Assembly: GCA_000091165.1 (NCBI GenBank) | Contig: FP565575.1 | Coordinates: 390,001-422,000, forward strand | DNA from: Candidatus Methylomirabilis oxygeniifera | GTDB taxonomy: Bacteria; Methylomirabilota; Methylomirabilia; Methylomirabilales; Methylomirabilaceae | Direction of reading: 5' to 3' | DNA: 32,000 nucleotides | Notes under the pieces: model-generated | The model's input: only the letters and a program-made list of their open reading frames with translations | What the model was told of the DNA's origin: nothing | Databases searched by the model: none | Program-made: the position numbers and the translations under genes | Shown here: one piece after another, positions 8,290 to 17,178 of the stretch | How positions within the stretch are numbered: the first letter of the stretch is position 1 | How the letters are laid out: the number at the start of each line of letters is the position of its first letter

Positions 8290-9099
8290 ATGTCACCAGT
8301 CGTGCTTCGCATGAAAGCGGCCCCAACGAATATTCCACTTGAGGCGGAGTCGATCTCGCCCGATCTGTTCGTGCAGCGCAGTCAGGGGGAGATTGAGTCC
8401 ATGCCCGTTGCGTTGGGAAACGAGACCTACCGGCTTGGCGACTTCTTCACGGTTGAAGGAGAGCGCTCGGATGAGATCGTTCTAGAGGGCTGTACGGAAC
8501 GGGTCAAGTGGGTCGGTTCAGGGATGACGCGCGGTCGAATCGTGATCCGCGGCGACGTCGGGATGCACGCCGGATCGTACATGCAGGGCGGCGAGATCCT
8601 CGTCGAAGGGAATGCAGACGACTTTCTTGGCGTTGAAATGCAGGGCGGACTGATCCGGGTGAAGGGTAATGCGCGGCATCGGGTTGGGGCTGCCTATCGT
8701 GGGAGCAAGTACGGCATGCAGGGCGGGACCATCCTAGTCGACGGTAACGTCGGGCACGAAGTGGGCGCCTATATGCGGAGAGGTCTCCTCGTCATCAAGG
8801 GGAACGCCGAGGATTTCTTGGGGGCCATGATGATGACCGGAACGATCTGCCTCTTCGGCCAGGCAGGCATCAGAACAGGAGGCGGAATGCAGAAGGGGAC
8901 CATCGTCTGCATGCGTCCCGTCGATCTACTGCCGACCTTCGCCTACGACTGCACCTATGCGCCGGTCTTTCTCCGAATTTTGTTTAAGGAGCTGAAGCGC
9001 CTGGGGGTAGCGTGTCCCGCTCAGGCAGACGGACTCTTCCGACGCTATCACGGCGACATTGCCGATGTTGGAAAAGGCGAAATCCTGATCGCTGCGTAA
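8290..9099 (+). CDS. fhcC: Formyltransferase/hydrolase complex subunit C (GXGXG beta-helix)
   Basis: Repeated GGEILVEGNA / GGLIRVKGNA / GGTILVDGNVGHEVGAYMRRGLLVIKGNAEDFLG motifs typical of FwdC. Confidence 0.94.
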   Translation: MSPVVLRMKAAPTNIPLEAESISPDLFVQRSQGEIESMPVALGNETYRLGDFFTVEGERSDEIVLEGCTERVKWVGSGMTRGRIVIRGDVGMHAGSYMQGGEILVEGNADDFLGVEMQGGLIRVKGNARHRVGAAYRGSKYGMQGGTILVDGNVGHEVGAYMRRGLLVIKGNAEDFLGAMMMTGTICLFGQAGIRTGGGMQKGTIVCMRPVDLLPTFAYDCTYAPVFLRILFKELKRLGVACPAQADGLFRRYHGDIADVGKGEILIAA

Positions 9100-9112
9100 G
9101 GAGGACACGATC

Positions 9113-10063
9113 GTGTCGCTGAGTATGAATCGCCAAGCCTGCGAGATTCTCGATCGAATGGCCGAGCAGCCGGAAGCGCTCGGCATCTCCATCTCGACAC
9201 TGACGAACGGCGCCAGAGTTGTGGATATGGGGGTCAAGGCGCCTGGCGGCCTGCTCGCGGGGAAGGGGCTGGCGGAGATCTGCCTTGGTGGGCTGGGAGA
9301 GGTCGCGTTCCTTCCGCTTCACTACGGCGACTTCTCGACTCCGGGTATCAGTGTCGCGATCGACAGCCCGCTACGACCCTGCCTCGGCTCACAGTACGCC
9401 GGCTGGAAGATCCATCGCGGGAAGTTTTTTGCGATGGGGTCCGGTCCGGCCAGGGCGCTGGCGAGGACCGAGGAGCTGTTTGAGACGATTCGTATCCGGG
9501 ACGACCACGACTCGGCAGTCCTCGTACTGGAAAGCGGCCGCCTGCCCGCTGAGGAGGTCGCCGATTACGTAGCGGAGAAATGCGGCATCAAGCCTGATCG
9601 GGTCTCCCTGGCGGTCGCTTCCACGCGAAGCGTTGCCGGGGGGGCGCAGATCGCGGCGCGCTCCGTAGAAACCGCGATGCACAAACTGATGGAGTTGGGT
9701 TTCGACGTGACCAAGGTACTCAGCGGCTTCGGCACCTGCCCCATTGCCACGCCTGCTGCGGACGATATGGCGGCGATCGGGCGAACCAACGATTGTGTCT
9801 TGTACGGTTGCGAGGTGTTCTTAACGATTTCGGCGACCGATGCCGAGATCGAGACGTTCATTGAGAAGATTCCCTCCTGCTCGTCTCGGGACTACGGCCA
9901 GTTGTTCGGAGACCTCTTTAAGCGTTACGATGGCGACTTCTATAAAATCGATCCGTTCCTTTTTAGTCCCGCCAAGATTACCATTACCAACGCCGCCAGC
10001 GGTCGAACCTATCGGGCCGGGCGCTTCAATGCCGAACTGCTTCAGACCTCTCTCCTGAGTTAA
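9113..10063 (+). CDS. mch: Methenyl-H4MPT cyclohydrolase
   Basis: MSLSMNRQACEILDRM...GGLLAGKGLAEICLGGLGEV; GTCPIATPAADDMAAIGRTNDCVLYG; C-terminal FDPFLFSPAKITI. Confidence 0.94.
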   Translation: MSLSMNRQACEILDRMAEQPEALGISISTLTNGARVVDMGVKAPGGLLAGKGLAEICLGGLGEVAFLPLHYGDFSTPGISVAIDSPLRPCLGSQYAGWKIHRGKFFAMGSGPARALARTEELFETIRIRDDHDSAVLVLESGRLPAEEVADYVAEKCGIKPDRVSLAVASTRSVAGGAQIAARSVETAMHKLMELGFDVTKVLSGFGTCPIATPAADDMAAIGRTNDCVLYGCEVFLTISATDAEIETFIEKIPSCSSRDYGQLFGDLFKRYDGDFYKIDPFLFSPAKITITNAASGRTYRAGRFNAELLQTSLLS

Positions 10064-10161
10064 CGACCGTTAGGCGGAGGGCGTGAGGCGTAAATAGTGA
10101 GGCGATGATGCCCACGTTGTTTATTTCTGACCCCTCACCCCTCACGTTTCCCGTTTCTCGC

Positions 10162-11037
10162 ATGAGAATCGGGATCCTGGCCGACAGAAACGGGTGGCAC
10201 GTCGAGGTACTGGCGAAGGCGCTGGCGCGACGCGGCTGCCAGGCCGACTTCCTGCCGATTACCCGACTGGTGGCCCGTGTCCCCGCCGATCCGCTTGTCG
10301 CGATCAACGGCCAATCCCTCGAATCGTACGATGCGCTGCTGATCCGGACGATCCCGGAAGGGTCGCTGGAGCAGATCATCTTCAGGATGAATGCGCTGCA
10401 CCGGTTGGAAGCGGCCGGTGTGCGGATCATGAACCGACCCAGCCCGCTGGAACAGACTGTCGATAAGTACTATACGTCCAGTCTGCTCGCGTCGCGCGGC
10501 CTGCCGACCCCGCGGACAATAGTCGCCGAAGGGTTCGACGAGGCGATGGCGGCGTTGTGCGAGCTCGGCGATGTGGTGGTGAAGCCGCTCTTTGGCGCCG
10601 GGGGACGAGGGATGGTGCGGGTGTGCGACGCCGACGTCGCCTATCGAGTCTTTCGCGCGCTTGCGCTGACTCGGAGCATCTTCTACATCCAGGAGTTTGT
10701 CCCGCATGGCGATTACGATCTCAGGGGTCTGGTGATAGGGGATCGTGTTGTTGCGGCCATGCGCCGACGGTCTGATGGGTGGCGGCATAATGTCTCTCAG
10801 GGCGCGCAGCCGGAGCCGATCGTCATGGACGAGGAAGCGACCAGACTCTGTCTTGAGGCCAGTCGACTGCTTGAGACCGATTATGCCGGGATCGATCTGT
10901 TGAAGACTGATAAGGGATATACGGTAGTCGAGGTCAACAGTATCCCCGGCTGGTCCGGCCTGCAGCGAACGACTGAAATCGATCTCGCCCAGGAGATCGC
11001 CGACCACCTGGTGAGTTTATTGGAACGCCTATGCTGA
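10162..11037 (+). CDS. ATP-grasp (RimK/LysX-like) ligase, candidate C1-cofactor glutamylation enzyme
   Basis: MRIGILADRNGWHVEVLAKALARRGC; NRPSPLEQTVDKYYTSSLLASRGLPTPRT; VVKPLFGAGGRGMVR; TKGYTVVEVNSIPGWSGLQ. Start trimmed from the track (10105). Confidence 0.85.
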   Translation: MRIGILADRNGWHVEVLAKALARRGCQADFLPITRLVARVPADPLVAINGQSLESYDALLIRTIPEGSLEQIIFRMNALHRLEAAGVRIMNRPSPLEQTVDKYYTSSLLASRGLPTPRTIVAEGFDEAMAALCELGDVVVKPLFGAGGRGMVRVCDADVAYRVFRALALTRSIFYIQEFVPHGDYDLRGLVIGDRVVAAMRRRSDGWRHNVSQGAQPEPIVMDEEATRLCLEASRLLETDYAGIDLLKTDKGYTVVEVNSIPGWSGLQRTTEIDLAQEIADHLVSLLERLC

Positions 11038-11933
11038 GCCCACACCCCACACCCTCCACCCTATACCCTGATAAGGTGTCTCTTGCCGCCCAGCTCGCCT
11101 GTTTGCTGGAGGTCAGCGCCGATAAGCCCGGGAACGTCACTCCGTTTGCCGATTTCGCCGACACTCGCTACACCGACTTTCTGGCGAGTTCCGTCATTCT
11201 GGGGCAGGTCCTGCGAAAGGTTGCAACGCGTGCGACCGGCACGCTGGTCTTCGACGCGGTTCGACAGACGAGACGACTGATCGACCGGAATACCAATCTG
11301 GGCATTGCACTCCTCTTTGCCCCCCTGGCAAAGGCGGCCCTGCGGAAGGGGCGTCGATCTCTCCGGTCCAGCCTTCACAGCGTCCTGGCCGCCCTTACCC
11401 CGTATGATGGTCAACGGATCTATGAGGCGATTCGTCTGGCTGAGCCAGGAGGCCTTGGACAGGCGGATCGGTTGGATGTCCGAGCGACCCATGGCAGGGT
11501 CCCACTCCTTGAGGCGATGCGCGCCGCGGCCGATCGGGACTCGATCGCGCGCGAGTATGTCACCGATTTCGAGCTTACCTTCACCATCGGCGCTCCGACC
11601 CTCGATTGTTCGCTCCAGGAGTTGGGCGACTCGGAAGCCTCGGTCATCCAGACCTACCTGACGATCCTCTCTCGCGTGCCGGACTCCCTCGTCGCGCGCA
11701 AATGCGGGGTGCGTGAGGCCGCCAGGATCTCACGGGAGGCGGAAAGGATTCTGGCCATCGGAGGGGTATGTACTGAGCAGGGGTGGCGCAGGCTTCGACG
11801 ATGGGACGTCGCCCTCCGCAAGGACGGGAACCGTCTCAATCCAGGCACAACGGCCGACCTGACCGCCTCGGCGCTCTTTGTGGTGGCGTTAGAGCACGGG
11901 GTCGAATGTCTGCTGGGTCGCAGCGCACGCTGA
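11031..11933 (+). CDS. CitG/MdcB-like (triphosphoribosyl-dephospho-CoA synthase family) protein of the H4MPT cluster
   Basis: LEVSADKPGNVTPFADFADTRYTDFLASSVILG; NTNLGIALLFAPLAKAA; overlaps the preceding gene by 7 nt. Confidence 0.8.
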   Translation: MLSPHPTPSTLYPDKVSLAAQLACLLEVSADKPGNVTPFADFADTRYTDFLASSVILGQVLRKVATRATGTLVFDAVRQTRRLIDRNTNLGIALLFAPLAKAALRKGRRSLRSSLHSVLAALTPYDGQRIYEAIRLAEPGGLGQADRLDVRATHGRVPLLEAMRAAADRDSIAREYVTDFELTFTIGAPTLDCSLQELGDSEASVIQTYLTILSRVPDSLVARKCGVREAARISREAERILAIGGVCTEQGWRRLRRWDVALRKDGNRLNPGTTADLTASALFVVALEHGVECLLGRSAR

Positions 11934-12037
11934 GATACGCGGTCCACTCGACAGCGCCTTGACCGTCGTTCCTCATCACCTCTGTCATGCCCTCGTGCCC
12001 AATTCACAACCGCTCTCATATGTAGGCCGCGCACATC

Positions 12038-12066
12038 TTGTCCACAACACCGTTCTATACTATAGT
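12038..12066 (+). promoter_or_regulatory. Promoter candidate upstream of the acyl-CoA synthetase gene
   Basis: TTGTCC, 17-nt spacer, TATAGT. Confidence 0.4.
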
Positions 12067-12132
12067 TCGCCATATATTATTGTAAGATAATCGCCACTGT
12101 ACCGTGGCAACGAACACTCGAACGGGACGGGT

Positions 12133-14799
12133 ATGAACGGTCTGGACAAAATATTCAGCCCGAAGACCATTGCCGTTATCGGCGCCTCTGAGAATACAGG
12201 GTCTGTAGGACGGGCGATCATGGAAAACCTCTTTACGCAAAAGACGGCGTCGATCTTTCCGGTCAATCCAAAACGGAAAAAGATCCTGGGGATGGATGCC
12301 TATGCCAGGGTTGCCGCAGTCCCGGAGCCGATCGATCTTGCGGTGATTGCGACGCCTGCGCCCACAGTTCCCGACCTTGTCAGCGAGTGCGGAGAGGCGG
12401 GAGTAGGGGGGCTCGTCATCATCTCCGCGGGGTTCAAGGAGATCGGCGAAAAAGGCAAAGGACTGGAGGACCGGATCCAGGCGACTCGGAAACGGTACGG
12501 CATGAGAATCATCGGGCCCAATTGTCTCGGTGTCATCCGGCCCATGACGGGGTTGAACGCCTCTTTTCTGAACGTCCGCCCTGAAGCGGGGCGGATCGCC
12601 TTTATCTCGCAGAGCGGGGCGCTGGGGAGTGCCATTCTCGACTGGGCCATGCATGCGCATATCGGCTTCAGCCTCTTTGCCTCCCTCGGCTCCATGATGG
12701 ATGTCGATTTCGGGGACCTGATCGATTTCCTGGGCGACGACCCGAATACCAAAAGCATCATGCTCTATATGGAGGGGATCGGAAATGCGAAGAAGTTCAT
12801 CAGCGCCGCAAAGGGATTCGCAAGGAATAAACCGATCATCGTGTTGAAACCAGGCAGATTCGCCGAGAGCGCCAGGGCCGCGTTCTCTCATACCGGGTCG
12901 ATGGGGGGTGAAGATCGAACATGCGATGCCGCCTTCAAACGGGTTGGTGTGGTCAGGGTGAGAGATATTGCCGATCTGTTTAATGTGGCGGAGGTCCTGC
13001 ACGCCAAGCACCTCCCGAAAGGATCCGAGATTGCGATCGTCACCAATGCAGGCGGAGCCGGGGTGATCGCGACGGACACGTTAATGGGGTTGGGCGGACG
13101 GCTCGCACGACTGACGGATGACAGCATCAGAATGCTGAACGATCATCTCCCCGCGTATTGGAGCAAGGCCAATCCGGTGGATGTCCTGGGGGATGCGGAT
13201 ATAGGGCGATACGAGACGGCCGTTACGACCTGCCTGGACGATCCCGGCGTCAAGGGTGTGATTACAATCTATACGCCGCAGGGGTCGGCGCAGCCCGACG
13301 AACTCGCAACGCGCTTCACGGCGATCGCCGATCAAAGCCATAAACCGTTTATCACCGTATGGATGGGCGGAGAACGTGTCGAAGGCGCGCGGAGGATCAC
13401 CCTCCAGCATAACATCCCGACGTATGACACTCCGGAAGAGGCCGTCAAGACCTACCTCTACATGTACCGGTACGGACGGAATCTCGAACTCCTGTATGAA
13501 ACCCCCGGGCCATTGCCGGTGGACCAGGCGCCTCCCAAACATAACCTGAAGGCATTTATCGCAGAGCTCTATAAGGAGGGCAGGACGCTCCTGACGGAGA
13601 AAGAATCGAAGCGGTTTCTCGTGAATTACGGCATTCCCACCGTCAAACCGTATCTGACGAAGAATCTGGAGGAAGCCCTGAGTGTGGCGAACTCGGTCGG
13701 ATATCCGGTTGTCCTGAAGATTGTGTCCCCCGATATCCTTCATAAAAGTGACGTCGGCGGTGTCGTGACAGGGATTGATTCCGACCGGGAGCTGAAGAGC
13801 GAATATGGACATCTGATCAAACGGGTTCAGAAGAAAGCTCCGCAGGCGACTATCTCCGGGATCTCCGTTCAGCAGATGGTGGAAAAGGTCGATTACGAGC
13901 TGATCCTCGGCATGAAAAAGGATAAAGACTTCGGGTCGGTCATTCTCTTCGGCATGGGAGGGATCGGGGTTGAGATGTTTCAGGACTTCTCTATCGGTCT
14001 ACCCCCGTTGAACCAGACCCTGGCGAGACGACTGATGGAAGAGACGAAGGTCTTTCGGATGATCCAGGGCTATCGGGGGAGGCCCGCTGCGGACATGACG
14101 CAGTTGGAGCAGATTCTGGTGAGCTTTTCCAATCTGGTCATCGATTTTCCGGAGATTGCCGAGATCGATATCAATCCTCTCGCCATCTCCGAAGGGAAGG
14201 CCTGCGCCCTTGATGCCAGAATCGTTCTCGATCAACACGCCGTCGGGTACACCGGCGCGTATCCCCATCTCGTGATCACCCCGTATCCCGCGCGATATGT
14301 GATCCCATGGCGATTAACCGACGGGACCGAGGTGCTCCTGAGGCCGATCCGGCCGGAGGACGAACCGCTGGAACGTGAGATGCTCTCGACCCTGTCTGAA
14401 GAGGCGTTGCGGGGGAGATTCTTTCAGGTCATCAAGAAGATCACCCATGAGATGCTGATTCGGTTCTGCAACATCGATTACGACCGGGAGATGGCGATCG
14501 TCGCGGAGCTGAGACAAGGGGAGAAAAGACGGATCATCGGCATCGGCAGGTTGATCATCGAACCGGACGGCAAGAGCGGCGAATTTGCCGTCGTGGTGCA
14601 CGATGATTTTCAGGGCAAGGGCCTCGGTTACAAGCTGGTGGACATGCTGATCGGCGTTGCCCAGGATAAGGGACTGGGGGAGGTGACCGGTACCGTCCTC
14701 ACCGACAACACGAGTATGCTTCGGGTGTGTGAGACCCTCGGGTTCAAGATCGGCCATCAGCCTGAAGGGGTGAGCAAGGTTAGGCTAGTGTTGAAGTAA
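12133..14799 (+). CDS. ADP-forming acyl-CoA synthetase alpha/beta fused to C-terminal GNAT acetyltransferase domain (protein acetyltransferase-like)
   Basis: SPKTIAVIGASENTGSVGRAIMENL; GPNCLGVIRP; YGIPTVKPYLTKNLEEAL...GYPVVLKIVSPDILHKSDVGGVVTG; C-terminal RPIRPEDEPLEREMLSTLSEEALRGRFF...DFQGKGLGYKLVDMLI. Confidence 0.93.
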   Translation: MNGLDKIFSPKTIAVIGASENTGSVGRAIMENLFTQKTASIFPVNPKRKKILGMDAYARVAAVPEPIDLAVIATPAPTVPDLVSECGEAGVGGLVIISAGFKEIGEKGKGLEDRIQATRKRYGMRIIGPNCLGVIRPMTGLNASFLNVRPEAGRIAFISQSGALGSAILDWAMHAHIGFSLFASLGSMMDVDFGDLIDFLGDDPNTKSIMLYMEGIGNAKKFISAAKGFARNKPIIVLKPGRFAESARAAFSHTGSMGGEDRTCDAAFKRVGVVRVRDIADLFNVAEVLHAKHLPKGSEIAIVTNAGGAGVIATDTLMGLGGRLARLTDDSIRMLNDHLPAYWSKANPVDVLGDADIGRYETAVTTCLDDPGVKGVITIYTPQGSAQPDELATRFTAIADQSHKPFITVWMGGERVEGARRITLQHNIPTYDTPEEAVKTYLYMYRYGRNLELLYETPGPLPVDQAPPKHNLKAFIAELYKEGRTLLTEKESKRFLVNYGIPTVKPYLTKNLEEALSVANSVGYPVVLKIVSPDILHKSDVGGVVTGIDSDRELKSEYGHLIKRVQKKAPQATISGISVQQMVEKVDYELILGMKKDKDFGSVILFGMGGIGVEMFQDFSIGLPPLNQTLARRLMEETKVFRMIQGYRGRPAADMTQLEQILVSFSNLVIDFPEIAEIDINPLAISEGKACALDARIVLDQHAVGYTGAYPHLVITPYPARYVIPWRLTDGTEVLLRPIRPEDEPLEREMLSTLSEEALRGRFFQVIKKITHEMLIRFCNIDYDREMAIVAELRQGEKRRIIGIGRLIIEPDGKSGEFAVVVHDDFQGKGLGYKLVDMLIGVAQDKGLGEVTGTVLTDNTSMLRVCETLGFKIGHQPEGVSKVRLVLK

Positions 14800-14836
14800 G
14801 ACGAGAAACACCTCTTGCCTCGTCGTCCCGGGCCGG

Positions 14837-15787
14837 CTATGCGAGTTGATGGGTCTCCGATCTGGAGGTCTGGCGACCAAAGAACTCAATCAGGTGGTCG
14901 GCAACGGCTTTTTTCTGCTTATCCACCGTGATCACATGGTAGCAGTCATCGAGTAAGATCAGGCGCTTCCGTATTGAAGCGATGCCGTTGTGCACTAGTT
15001 CGCCATTACGAGGGCCGGTGATGTCGTCTTCGCGAGCCTGGAGGATCAAGGTGGGCGCCGTCACCTCACCCAAGCGACGACGGACGAGCGTGGAGAGCCG
15101 ATCTATATTGGTCAAGGTCTTCAACGGAAAGATCGGATACCCCATCGTGGCTGCCAAAGGGGCACTGATCGCCTGGTCGGCAGCATGGGTCATGCGAGTC
15201 CACAAACCCATGATCCATCGACGCAGGAGCGAAACGGAACCATACGACGCCCGCTTGTGGGCCTGAAGCCGTCTCTCCTTAATTCCAAAGGGTGGACCAT
15301 CCTGGTGGAAGAGGAGATAGCCCAAAGGAGCCACCTCCATAACAAAGGGCAAGAGTGCTCTGGTCCAAGGCGTCTTCCACCCATCATAAAAAAAGGTGGG
15401 CGAGAAGACTCCAAGTCCATCAACATTCACGGTCAGTGAGGAGTCCAACGCCAGGAGTCCTCCCGCGCTCAGGCCGGCCACATAGAGGCGGTCGTACCGT
15501 TCGCGTACGAAGGCAAGTTGCGCCTTCACGTGCGCGATCCAGTCCTCCTCGGACGTTCTCATCAGGTCCCTGAGCCGCGTACAGTGGCCCGGGAGGGTTG
15601 TGGCATAGACGTCCCATCCGTGGCGCGCCAACCGCCGTCCAAGGTAGCCCATCTCGACCGGTGTCCCTGTGACACCGTGAATCAGATATACCAAGGTACG
15701 TGAGTCGGTGTGGAAGGCGAGGTCGGTCGGTTGGCGGCCGACCATCTCATCAAGAGGACCAGACTGCGTGGTCAGTCGTCGGCTCAT
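14837..15787 (-). CDS. Alpha/beta hydrolase (serine hydrolase, carboxylesterase/monoacylglycerol-lipase-like)
   Basis: LVYLIHGVTGTPVEMGYLGRRLARHGWDVYATTLPGH; VAGLSAGG nucleophile elbow; PTLILQAREDDITGP; DDCYHVITVD. ATG at 15787 overlaps the upstream stop (ATGA); the track start at 15868 lies in the neighbour. Confidence 0.88.
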   Translation of the reverse strand: MSRRLTTQSGPLDEMVGRQPTDLAFHTDSRTLVYLIHGVTGTPVEMGYLGRRLARHGWDVYATTLPGHCTRLRDLMRTSEEDWIAHVKAQLAFVRERYDRLYVAGLSAGGLLALDSSLTVNVDGLGVFSPTFFYDGWKTPWTRALLPFVMEVAPLGYLLFHQDGPPFGIKERRLQAHKRASYGSVSLLRRWIMGLWTRMTHAADQAISAPLAATMGYPIFPLKTLTNIDRLSTLVRRRLGEVTAPTLILQAREDDITGPRNGELVHNGIASIRKRLILLDDCYHVITVDKQKKAVADHLIEFFGRQTSRSETHQLA

Positions 15788-17178
15788 GGCTCCTCCGTGC
15801 AGTGGGTGAAGAGCCAGTCCAGCAGTTCGATGGCCAGATCGATCTCGCCCTTGGTGATATCCAGGCAAGGTGCTAGGCCGAAGACGTTCTTGTAATATCC
15901 CGTGACGTTTAGCACTAACCCCATGGGGCCACGGGATGTTGGAATCCCCCCGGCCAGACCCAACTCGAATATCCGGTTTGCGAGGGGCTGGTTGGGGGTG
16001 AGCCGGTCCGGCTGCGTGACTTCAATACGCAAAGCCAAGCCCAAGCCGGCGACGTCCCCGATCACGGCATGCCGTTTCTTGAGGAGTTCGAGCTGCTCCA
16101 GAAAATAGGCTCCCGATTCGGCCACCTTCCGCTCATAATCCTGCTGCTCGATCCACTGCAGTGTCGCCAGGGCCGCGGCCGTGCCCAACGGATTGGACGA
16201 GTAGGTGGAATGTGTCGACCCAGGCGGAAAGGCCTGGGGAGAGATGAGGGCCTCCTGGGCCCATAACCCGGAGAGGGGATTCAGGCCATTGGTCAAAGTC
16301 TTCCCAAAGACGACAATGTGCGGCTTGACGCCGAAGTGCTCAATCGCCCAAAACTTCCCGGTCCTGAAAAACCCCATCTGGACCTCGTCGTCTACCAGGA
16401 GAATCTTCCGCTCATCCAGAACCTGCTTGAGCCGCAGGAAATACTCGGGGGGCGGTGGAATATATCCTCCTGTGGCCTGCACCGGCTCTACGTAAAATGC
16501 GACAAACTCAGGCTCCTCAGCCTTCGAATCCCAGAATGAGTTATACTCCGTCTCGAACAGCCGCTCGAACTGTTTGACGCAGTAATAGTCGCAGCTCTCC
16601 AGCTTCATGTCGTATGGGCACCGGTAGCAGTACGGGAAGGGAACAAAATGTGCTCGGTTCGAGAAATGGCCGAAGCGTCGTCGGTATCGGTAGCTGGAGG
16701 TGATTTCGGAGGCTCCGAGGGTCCTGCCGTGGTACCCTCCCATAAAGGCCATGAAGAGGGATTTGCCGGTAGTATTGCGCACAATTTTCATCGAGTCTTC
16801 GATGGCCTGGGCGCCCCCCACATTGAAATGCACGCGCCCTTTGATGCCGAAGGCTCGGTGGCATTCGGTCGCCAATCTCTCGGCTGCCAGGACTTTTTCT
16901 TCATGGAGATACTGGCACGCCAATTGGGGCAATTGCTCGAGCTGCGCCTTTACCGCGTCCACGATGTGCTTGTTGCGATAGCCGAAGTTGACCGTCGAGT
17001 ACCACATCTGGAGATCGAGGTACGGCTTGTCCTCGCGGTCATAGAGAAAGCTGCCTTCACAGCCCTGAAAGAACTTCGGCGTAGCCGAGTAGTGTGCCGT
17101 ATCGCCATGCGAGCAGTACTGCGCCTCCTTTTCCCGAAGCGCCTCTTCGCTGAGTCGGGTCTTATCTGTGCGATTCAT
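15784..17178 (-). CDS. Class III PLP-dependent aminotransferase
   Basis: YLDLQMWYSTVNFGYRN; FMGGYHGRTLGASEIT; LLVDDEVQMGFFRTG; VVFGKTLTNGLNPLSGLWA (PLP Lys); THSTYSSNPLGTAAALATL. Confidence 0.92.
   Translation of the reverse strand: MNRTDKTRLSEEALREKEAQYCSHGDTAHYSATPKFFQGCEGSFLYDREDKPYLDLQMWYSTVNFGYRNKHIVDAVKAQLEQLPQLACQYLHEEKVLAAERLATECHRAFGIKGRVHFNVGGAQAIEDSMKIVRNTTGKSLFMAFMGGYHGRTLGASEITSSYRYRRRFGHFSNRAHFVPFPYCYRCPYDMKLESCDYYCVKQFERLFETEYNSFWDSKAEEPEFVAFYVEPVQATGGYIPPPPEYFLRLKQVLDERKILLVDDEVQMGFFRTGKFWAIEHFGVKPHIVVFGKTLTNGLNPLSGLWAQEALISPQAFPPGSTHSTYSSNPLGTAAALATLQWIEQQDYERKVAESGAYFLEQLELLKKRHAVIGDVAGLGLALRIEVTQPDRLTPNQPLANRIFELGLAGGIPTSRGPMGLVLNVTGYYKNVFGLAPCLDITKGEIDLAIELLDWLFTHCTEEP

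Noticed and set aside
10135-11007. 290-aa minus ORF antisense to the ATP-grasp gene
   Set aside because: Mirror ORF typical of high-GC DNA; the opposite strand has clear ATP-grasp motifs.
13081-13812. 243-aa minus ORF antisense to the acyl-CoA synthetase
   Set aside because: Shadow ORF without domain motifs.
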